Made by a program: the position numbers and the translations under genes
Shown here: positions 14,507 through 24,900 of the stretch, piece by piece
Layout: every line of letters starts with the position of its first letter
Position numbering within the stretch: position 1 is the first letter of the stretch
Notes under the pieces: generated by a model
Database searches by the model: none
Seen by the model: the letters and a program-made list of their open reading frames with translations, nothing else
What the model was told of the DNA's origin: nothing
Source of the DNA: the human T2T-CHM13v2.0 reference genome, Homo sapiens
Assembly (NCBI RefSeq): GCF_009914755.1
Contig: NC_060929.1
Direction: 5' to 3' (one strand)
Length of the DNA: 64,000 nucleotides

Positions 14507-15788
14507 CCAGATGCAGCTTTTTAAAAATACAGAGCAACTGCTATATGGTTCATCATGTATTCCAAAGAATCTAGAGTTAAGATCTAAAACACAGCTTTTT
14601 AGAGAAAAAAGGCAAGCAATACAATATGCACTACCACTACTATAACTGTGGTAAATGACCAAATAATTTCAGACAAAACATACTTTTCAGGACAGAAGCA
14701 TTAAGACATCTTTACTTAATGCATAGTGCTTTTTTAATTTAAAAAGAAACATCTGTTTAAAAACACACAACTATGTATGAAAAACTCATTTCTAATAAAC
14801 AATTCAAATAGAAATCATAATTTTCCACCTGGGATCATAGTTTAAAAAATATCATTAGAAAAAGAAATATATTAATGTCCAGATATAATTAGCTTTAAAG
14901 AGGTGTATGGTAAGAATGGGAATATAGTTTAGTATATATTGGCATGTAGTATTTTTCTTCAACAGAAAAGGCTAAAATATTTTCCACTTGAATAAGGCAG
15001 TATTAAAAACGAATTAGATTGTATGTAATTCAGCTTCTGTAACTAGAAAAAAGGCTGAAAATGAAAAAAAAAATCTACTTCTTAAATCCTGGTCTTTTGA
15101 AAATGATTTTTGTATCTGAAAAAGCTCCAGGTGTCTATAAATATCAAAAACGTTTTTATACACATTACATACAGACATATGAAATGAAATAGATGATTAG
15201 TTCTTTTTTTGTAGCATTCTCAATCCCACTGTTAACAAAGTTGTTAAAAAAATCCATGTGTGAAATTTGTACTACAGAAATTTATAACAATTTATGCTCA
15301 CTTAATTCCCTTTTGGGCCGATATATTCTACATTAACTATAATTTTCTTAAAAATGCAGAAGGTATATGGTTTTGCATTTAAATATATTAAGTTTTATAA
15401 CAAAGAAAAATCAAATAGCCATTTAGAAACATTAACTGTTTCATGACTGATGGATAATGCTTACTTGTGAGTTGCTGCCAAGGCTGTCTGCCTGAAGTTC
15501 AGAGAATTTTCATGGGTTACTTATTTCCCATTATCTTTCCTCATTTTCTTCACTGTTCTTTCCTCTCCCTCCAGCCTAGGTGGTCATCACTACTTGCAGT
15601 TCCAACAACAAGGTTCCCACATCATCAAGCAAAAGTGTTTTTTATTTTATTTATTTATATTTTTACTGTAACTCAGGGCAGTACAAACCTAAGATTTATA
15701 AGGAGACGAGACATATTTTTACTGTGAAGTCTGAGCATGACCTGCACTAGGCCTGTGGAGCAATTTAGAAGTTTCTATTTTTACCAAG

Positions 15789-17298
15789 TGTAAATTGGTA
15801 CCAGTAGAGTGGGGCACTGCTGAAAAAATACCTGAAAATGTGGAAGCAACTTTGGAATGGGGTAACAGGCAGAGGTTGGAACAGTTTGGAGGGCTCAGAA
15901 AAAGACAGAAAAACATAGGTAAGTTTGGAACTCCCTAGAGAATGGTTGAATGGCTTTGACCAAAATGCTGATAATGACATGGACAATGAAATCCAGGCTG
16001 AGGTGGTCTCAGATGGAGATGAGGAACTTGCTGGGAACTGGAGCAAAGGTGACTCTTGTTATGCTTTATTAAAGTGAGTGGCAGCATTTTGCTCCTGCTC
16101 TAGAAATTTGTGGAACTTTGAACTTGAGAGAGATGATTTAGGGTATCTGGCAGAAGAAATTTCTAAGCAGCAAAGCATTCAAGAGCTGTATTGGGTGCTG
16201 TTAAAGGCATTCAGCTTTATAAGGGAAGCAAAGCATAAAAGTTTGGAAAATTTGCAGCCTGACAATGCAATAGAAAAGAAAAATCCCATTTTCTGAGGAG
16301 AAATTCAAGCCAGCTGCAGAAATTTGCATAAGTAATGAGGAGCTGAATGTTAATCCCCAAGACAATGGGGGAATTGTCTCCACAGCATGTTAGAGGTCTT
16401 CATGGCAGCCCCTCCCATCATAGGCCTGAAGGCCTAGGAGGAAACAGTGGTTTTGTGGGCTGGGCCCAGGGTCCCCGGTGCTGTGTGCAGCCTAGGGACT
16501 TGGTAATAAATCGTTACAAATTTCTGTAGTACAAATTTCACATACGGATTTTTTTATGAAGTCAATAATTGGGGTTTGGGAAACACTGCCTAGATTTCAG
16601 AAGATGTATGGAAATGCCTGGATGCCCAGGCAGAAGTTTGCTGCAGGGGTGGGGCCCTCATGGAAAACCTCTGCTAGGGCAGTGCAGAAGGGAAACGGGG
16701 GGTAAGAGCCCCCACACAGAGTCCCCACTGGGGCACCACCTAGTGGAGCTGTGAGAAGAGGGCCACCATCCTAGAGACCCCAAAATGGTAGATCCCCCAA
16801 CAGCTTGCACCGTGTGTCTGGAAAAGCCACAGATGCTCAAAGGCAACCTGTGAAAGCAGCCAGGAGGGAGGCTGTACCCTGCAAAGCCACAGAGGAGAAG
16901 ATGCCCAAGACCATGGGAACCCACCTCTTGCATCAGCTTGACATGGATGTGAGACATGCAGTCAAAGGAGACCATTTTGGAGCTTTAAGATTTGACTACC
17001 CCAATGGATTTTGGACTTGCCTGGGGCCAGTAGCCCCTTTGTTTTGGCCGATTTCTCCCATTTGGAATGGCCGTATTTAACTAATGCCTGTATCACCACT
17101 GTATCTAGGAAGTAACTAAGTTGCTTTTGATTTTATAGGCTCATAGGCTGAAGGGACTTGGTTTTTTTCAGATGAGACTTTGGACTGCAGACTTTTGAGT
17201 TAATGCTGAAATGAGTTAAGACTCTGGGGGACTGTTGGGAAGGCATGATTGGTTTTGAAATGTGAAGACATGAGATTTTGGACAGTACACAGGCAGAA
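15789..17298 (+). mobile_element. THE1A internal region (MaLR), 5' LTR missing
   Basis: Begins gtaaattggtaccagtagagtggggcactgctgaaaa, the THE1-int start, and runs to ..ggcagaa before the LTR. Internal deletion/replacement at ~16505-16557. Confidence 0.9.
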
Positions 17299-17664
17299 TG
17301 ACAAGGTCTGGCTCTGTGCCCCCATCCAAATCTCATCTTGTAGTTCCCATAATTTCCACATGTGTGGGAGGGACCCAGTGAAAGATAAGTGAATCATGGG
17401 AGCGGGTCTTTCCCATGCTATTCTCATGATAGTGAATAAGTTACAAGATCTGATAGTTTTAAAAACGGGAGTTTCCCTGCACAAGCTCTCTCTCTTTTTG
17501 CCTGCCACCATCCACGTAAATGTCACTTGCTCCTCCTTGCCTTCCACCATTATTGTGAGGCCTCCCCAGCCATGTGGAACTGTAAGTCCATTAAACCTCT
17601 TTCTTTTGTAAATTGCCCAGCCTCGGGTATGTCTTTATCAGCAGCATAAAAACAGACTAATACA
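17299..17664 (+). mobile_element. THE1A 3' LTR
   Basis: TG...CA termini (tgacaaggtctggc...gactaataca) and THE1A-like aaaaacgggagtttccctgcacaagctc; 5-bp TSD ccaag at 15784-15788 and 17665-17669. The element splits a MER5-like fragment that resumes at 17670-17712. Confidence 0.9.
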
Positions 17665-19502
17665 CCAAGTGACCCATGGTTTCAATGCACATTGAAGTTT
17701 GAGAAATAACTGTTTTTCCTCTCACAAATTCTATGGCACATAAAAAGGGAACATATTAAGATCATAGCCACATTTCTAAAAAGGTAAGAGAGTTCCAAAC
17801 CCAATTTTCTCAGTGATAAAATACTAGAACTGAAAAAACAACTGGTGAATTAACTTTCGAAAGAAAAATTGTGACATTGCCCTAGTATTATACTATATCA
17901 TACACATCAAATATATCAGCACACAACGGTAATACATAGTATAATGGAAATTTCTTTCCTTGTATTATGTAAATATTATGTTAATGTAGTTTTTACTTTA
18001 ATAAAAGTCCTAATAAAAATAGGCTGTTTGGATATAATATAATTCAAATGGAGTAGTTAGCAAACCATGTAAGGCCAGGCCACATATGTTTTGTGTTATG
18101 TTTACCCAGCTTACTTTTATCTTTTCTGGATTCAGAGCATCCTGAAAGTAGGTGTTATCTTTTCTCTACTGCCTAGTAGTGGATAGAGTGTAGAGTACAC
18201 ATTCATGAGTAAATGTTTGTGGAATACATGAATAAATTAATAGCTGGAAATTCAATGTATATGTATTCTAGAAAAACACACATAAACACATATATATAAA
18301 TAAAAATCAACCCATAAATTTAAAAAATAAAATTAATATTTTACTACAAATAGCTATAAAAGAAAAGAAAAACACAGAGAAATTGACACTGCATATCTTG
18401 AAAATAAATAAGAAATAGTTATACTGGCTGACCCTCAGTTAGTTAGCAAAGCACCCAGAATTTAAAATACACTTGTTATAATCCAAGACATATTTCTATA
18501 ATTGTGCAAAGTTGCTAATTCTAACATGTTAATCAGAAAGAAAAACTGATATTCTAGGATGCTGATGAGCTAATGTTTAATGTAGTGGTTAATTATTAGT
18601 TGGAAAAAATCTACATAAAGAAATAAAGCTCCAAAAAACTAGAAATCTGAAAAAAAAAAAAACTTGTTTAACTGCATTTACCAACTCTTTAAATCCAGAA
18701 CCAGTTATGAGCATTGTGGTACTATTAATAATTGCATGCTGAACATATAAATGTAAAATGGCAATTTCAATTTTCGTTTCATCAAGACAATGAAGAAAAT
18801 GAAATTGAATACTAATTAGTGCATGTTTGTCATACACCTGAAAGATTAGGGGGTTACTGTGCTCATTATAAGTGAGTTTAAGCGAAGTACTCAAAGGTTT
18901 CATTTGAAGGACTGAATATAAATAATAGACTTAGGTGACAAGGGAAATTAACAATGAATGATCAACACAGAAACTCTGGTATATCATTTGATTTCACAGA
19001 ATGTCTTATAGGTGATTTAATCTTACAAAATTGATAAAGTTTTTTCTTCTAAAAAATAACTTAGAAAATATGTTATTAAAGAATGCATTAACAAAATATA
19101 TATTTTGAACATAATCAGTAAGTAATTACTGAATAACAATGTTGAGACTAAGAAAATTACTCAAAACCATATGATCACATGGAAATTAAATAACCTACTC
19201 CTGAATGACTTTTGGGTAAATAAGTAAGGCAGAAATCAAGAAGTTATTTGAAACTAATGAGAACAAAACTACAACACTTCAGAATCTCTTGGACACAGCT
19301 AATGCAGTGTTAAGAGGGAAATTTATAGCACTAAATGCCCACATCAAAAAGTTAGAAAGATCTCCATTTAATAATCTAACATCACAACTAAAAGAACTAG
19401 GGAACCAAGAGCAAACCATTCCCAAAGCTATCAGAAGACAAAAAGTAACAAACTCAGAGCTGAACTGAAGTCTGAGACATGAAAAGCCATTCAAAAGATC
19501 AA

Positions 19503-21278
19503 CAATTGTGAATGGGAGTTCACTCATGATTTGGCTCTCTGTTTGTCTATTATTGGTGTATAGGAAATACCTAGGGATATAACTTACAAGGGATGTGAAG
19601 GACCCTTTCAAGAAGAACTACAAACCACTCCTCAAGGAAATAACAGAGGACACAAACAAATGGAAAAACATTCCATGCACATGGATAGGAAGAATCAATA
19701 TTGTAAAAATGGCCATACTGTCCAAAGTAATTCATAGATTCAATGCTATCCCCATCAAGCTACCACTGACTTTCTTCACAGAATTAGAATAAACAACTTT
19801 AAATTTCATACAGAACCAAAAAAAGCCTGTATAGTCAAGACAATCCTAAGCAGAAAGAACAAAACTGGAGGCATCACTCTACCTGACTTCAAACTATACT
19901 ACAAGGCTACAGTAACCAAAACAGATATATAGACCAATGGAACAGAACAGAGGCCTCAGAAATAATGCCACACATCTACAACCATCTGATCTTTGACAAA
20001 CCTGACCAAAACAAGCAATGGGGAAAGGATTCCCTATTTAATAAATGGTGTTGGGAAAACGGGCTAGCCATATGCAGAAAACTGAAACTGGACCCCTTCC
20101 TTACACCTTATAAAAAAATTAACTCAAGATGGATTAAAGACTTAAACATAAGACCTAAAACCATAAAAATCCTAGAAGAAAACCTAGGCAATACCATTCA
20201 GGACATAGGCATGGGCAAAGACTTCATGACTAAAACAACAAAAAGCAATGACAACAAAAGCCAAAATTGACAAATGGGATCTAATTAAACTAAAGAGCTT
20301 CTGCACAGCAAAAGAAACTATTATCAGAGTGAACAGGAAACCTACAGAATGGGAGAACATTTTTGCAATCTATCCATCTCACAAAGGGCTAATATCCAGA
20401 ATCTACAAAGAACTTAAACAAATTTACAAGAAAAAAAAACCCATCAAAAAGTGGTCAAAGGGATATGAACAGACACTTCTCAGAAGAAGACATTTGTGCA
20501 GCCAAAAATCATATGAAAAAAAAAGCTCATCATCACTAGTCATTAGAAAAGTAGAAATCGAAACCACAATGATACCATCTCACACCAGTTAGAATGGCGA
20601 TCATTAAAAAGTCAGGAAACAACAGATGCTGGAGTGGATGTGGAGAAATAGGAACAATTTTATGCTGTTGGTGGGAGTGTAAATTAGTTCAACCATTGTG
20701 GAAGACAGTGTGGTGATTCCTTAAGGATCTAGAACCAGAAATACCATTTGACCCAGCAATCCCATTACTGGATATATACCCAAAAGATTAGAAATCATGC
20801 TGCTATAAAGACACATGCACATGTGTGTTTATTGCAGCATTATTCACAATAGCAAAGATTTGGAACCAACCCAAATGCCCATCAATGATAGACTGGATAA
20901 AGAATGAGGCACGTATACACCATGGAATACTATGCAGCCACAAAGAAGGATGAGTTCACATCCTTGGCAGGGACATGGATGAAGCTGGAAACCATCACTC
21001 TTAGCAAACTAACACAGGAAAAGAAAACCAAACACCACATGTTCTCAGTCATAAGTGGGAGCTGAACAATGAGACCACATGGAAACAGACAGGGGAACAT
21101 CACACACTGGGGACTGTTGAGTGGGGCAGCTAGGGGAGGGATCGCATTAGGAGAAATACCTAATGCAGATGATGGATTGATGGGTGTAGCAAACCACCAT
21201 GGCATGTGTATACATATGTAATAAACCTGCATGTTTTGCACATGTATCCCAGAACTTAAAGTATAATAAATTAAAAAA
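19503..21278 (+). mobile_element. L1PA7-like 3' fragment (~1.8 kb) with short 5' inversion
   Basis: ORF2 C-terminal peptides ([48 protein letters not shown]) and 3' end gcacatgtatcccagaacttaaagtataata. 19503-19566 is the reverse complement of the adjacent upstream ORF2 sequence. Confidence 0.92.
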
Positions 21279-21810
21279 CATCTGATAATATTTCTTAGCG
21301 ATACCTATATTTCTTTGAGAAATTGTGTTTGTTTTTCAATAAATACACCAATTTTGATTTCAGTCTGAAAAATTCAGCTCAATTTACTCTGATAGTTTGG
21401 AAATAGTCCTGTTATGCTATTCCATTTAAATTGTTAAATATATTATTACTATTAGAAAATTATAGAACATGAGAACTTAAGGCCCTTTTTCTTTTGCCAA
21501 AAAAAATTAGTGGAAACCAAGTCATCTCACTTTTAGCTTGAATTGAAAACAAACCTACAACACCAATAGTTTTATTTTTAATTTGTGTAATCCTTTTAGA
21601 ATTATTAATATTCAATCTGAGTTCAGTACATTGCTGATTGGACAACACTACATATCCTCCAATGGTAATTTAATGACAGTTACTAGTCCGACCTGTGTTG
21701 CAATAAACATACTATATTTTTGTATTTGAGAGCTTAAAAATACTGGTCATAAAGAAATTGTAAGAGCTGTGAATTAGGCTAATTATATATTTTTTGTAAT
21801 CTTTAAAGTT

Positions 21811-21913
21811 CTGACAACTTGGATAAGATAATTAACCTGTTTGATTCAAGCTGTCTAAATTTATAAAGTGATGATAATTACACCTACTATATGGAATTAT
21901 TCTGAGAATTAAA
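21811..21913 (+). mobile_element. MIR fragment inside the putative transduced segment
   Basis: acttggataagataattaacctgt...tataaagtgatgataattacacctactatatggaattattctgagaattaaa aligns to the MIR core and 3' part (CTTGGGCAAGTTACTTAACCT...GTACCTACCTCATAGGGTTGTTGTGAGGATTAAA). Confidence 0.65.
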
Positions 21914-24900
21914 TTTAAAAATCACCCAAAGAAGATTAAAAAATTCAAGAGGTTGTTACTGAAAAAACTAATAAAATAGATAGACTGCTAGCTAGATTAA
22001 TAAAGGAGAAAAGGGAGAAGATCCAAATAAACACAATTAGAAATGACAAAAGAGATACTACTAATAACCATCAGCAACTGCTGTGAACACCTCTGTGCAC
22101 ACAAACTGGAAAGTCTAGAAGAAATGGATAAATCCCTGGAAATATACGCCCTCCCAAAACTGAGTCAGGATGAAATTCAAATGAGTAGACAAATAAGAAT
22201 CTCTGAAATTGAATCAGTAATAGATAGCCTACCAACCAAAAAGAGCCCAGGCCCACATGGATTCACAGCTGAATTCTACCAGATATACAAAGAAGAGCTG
22301 GTAGCATTTCTACTAACACTACTCCAAACAATCGAGGAAGAGGGACTCCTTCCTAACTCATTCTACAAGGCTAACATCATCCTGATACCAAAACCAGGCA
22401 GAGACAAAACAAAAACAGAAAACTTCAGGACAATATTTTGATGAATATCAATTCAAAAATCCTCAACAAAATACAAGCAAATTGAATCCAATAGCACAAC
22501 TAAAAGCTTATCCACCATGATCAAGCAGGCTTTATCCCCAGGATGCAAGGTAGGTTCAACATATGTAAATCAATAAGAGTGAATAATCACATAAACATAA
22601 CTAAAGACAAAAACCACATGATCATCTCAATAGATTCAGAAAAGCCTTCCAATAAAATTTAACACCTCTCATATTAAAAACTCTCAATAAACTTGGTACT
22701 GAAAGAACATACCTCAAAATTATGAATCACCTATGATAAACCCACAGCCAACATCATACTAAATGAGCAAAAGATGGAAGCATTCCTCTTGAAAACAGAA
22801 ATGAGACAAGGATGCCCTTTCTCATCACTCCTATTCAACATAGTATTGGAAGTCCTGGCCAGGGCAATCAGGCAAGAGAAAAAAGTAAAAGCCATCCAAA
22901 ACGGGCAGAGAGGAAGCCAAAGTATCCCTGTTTGCAGAGGACATGATTCCATATCTAGAAAACCCCACAGTCTAGGCCCGAAGGATCTAGGAAACCCCAC
23001 AGTCTAGGCCCGAATGATCCTTAAGCTGATAAACACCTTCAGCAAAGTCTCAAGGTAAAAAATCAACATACAAAAATTACTGGCATTCCTATATAGCAAC
23101 CACAGTCAAGCCAAGTGCCAAATCAGAAATGCCATCCCACCTACAATTGCTAAAACAAAACAAAACAAAACAAAAAAAAAACGAAAAAACCCTCCTAGGA
23201 ATACAGCTTATCAGGGAAATAAACAATCTCTACAATGGGAACTAGAAAACACTGGTCCAAGAAATCAGAGATAACACAAACAAATGGAAAAACCATTCCA
23301 TGCTTGTGGATACGAAGAATCAAAATCATTACAATGGCCATACTGCCCAAAGCAATTTATAGATTTCAATGCTAATCCTATCAAACTCCCAATGACATTA
23401 TTCACAGAATTAGAAAATACTATCTTAAAATAGCCAAGACAATCCTGAAGACAACAACAAAAATAAAACCCCCCAAAAGCTAGAAGTATCACATTACCTG
23501 ACTTCAAACTATACTATAGGGCTACAGTAACCAAAAGTACTGTTTTGATACTGATACAAAAACAGACATATATTCCAATGGAACAGAATTGAGAGACCAG
23601 AAATAAGGTTGCACACCTACAACCATCTGATCCTCCACAAAGCTGACAAAAACAAGCTATGGGGAAAGAACTCCCTAATCAATAAATGATGCTGGGATAG
23701 TGGTTAGCCATAGGCAGAAGATTGAAACTGGACCCTTTCCTTACACTATATACACAAATCAACTCAAGATGGATTAAAGACTTAAATGTAAAATCCAAAG
23801 CTATAAAATCCCTGAAAGACAACCTAGGCAATACCATTCTGGACAGAGGAAATGGCAAATATTTCATGACAAAGAGACGGAAAACAATTGCAACAAAAGC
23901 AAAAAATGACAAATGGGATCTAATTAAACTAAAGAGCTTCTGCACAGAAAAAGGAACTATCAACACAGTGAACAGACAACGTACCGAATGGAAGAAAACT
24001 TTTTCAAACTATGCATCTGATAAAGGTCTAATATTCAGCATCTATAAGAAACTTAAATTTTCAAGAAAAAAAACAAACAACTTCATTAAAAAGTGGGCAA
24101 AGGACATAAACAGACAATTTTCAAAAGAAGACATACATGCAGCCAACAATCATAGGAAAAAAACCCTCAAAATCAGTTATCATTAGAGAAATGCAAATGA
24201 AACCACAATTAGATACCATCTTACAACAGTCAGAATGGCTATTACTAAAAAGTAAAATAATAATAGATGCTGGCAAGGTTGAGGAGAAAAGGGAATGGTT
24301 ATACACTGTTGGTGGGAGTGTAAATTATTTCAACGATTGTGGAAAGCAGTGTGAAGATTCCGCAAAGAACTAAAAACAGAACTAACATTCAGCCCAGCCA
24401 CAGCATAACTGGGTATATACCCAAAGGAATATAAATTGTTCTATGATAAAGGCACATGCACGCCTATGTTCACTGTAGCACCATTCACAATAACAAAGAC
24501 ATGGAATCAACCGAAATGCCAATCAATTGTAGACTGGGTAAAGAAAATCTGATACATAGACACCATGGAATACTATGCAGCTGCAAAAGAGTCAGATCAT
24601 GTCTTTTGCAGGAACATGAATGAAGCTGGAGCAAACTAATTATCCTTAGCAAACTAATGTGGGAACAGGAAACCAAATACTACATGTTTTCCCTTAGCAC
24701 CAGTTACAGTGGGTGCTAAATGATGGGAACACACGGACACATAGAATGAAATAACAGATAGTGGGACTTACCTGAGGGTGAAGGATGGGAGGAGGGAAAG
24801 GACTAGGAAATATAACTAATGGATACTAGGCTTAATACCAGAGTAACAAAATAATCTGTACAACAAAAACCCCATGACATGAAGTATACCTATATAACAA

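Noticed and set aside
15765-17611. Dense ORFs of 60-116 aa
   Set aside because: They lie within THE1A internal/LTR sequence, which is non-autonomous and disrupted here.
19595-24373. Several 65-154 aa ORFs resembling reverse transcriptase/ORF2p
   Set aside because: These are fragments of two decayed L1 copies with many stops and frameshifts; no intact ORF2 and no sign of domestication.
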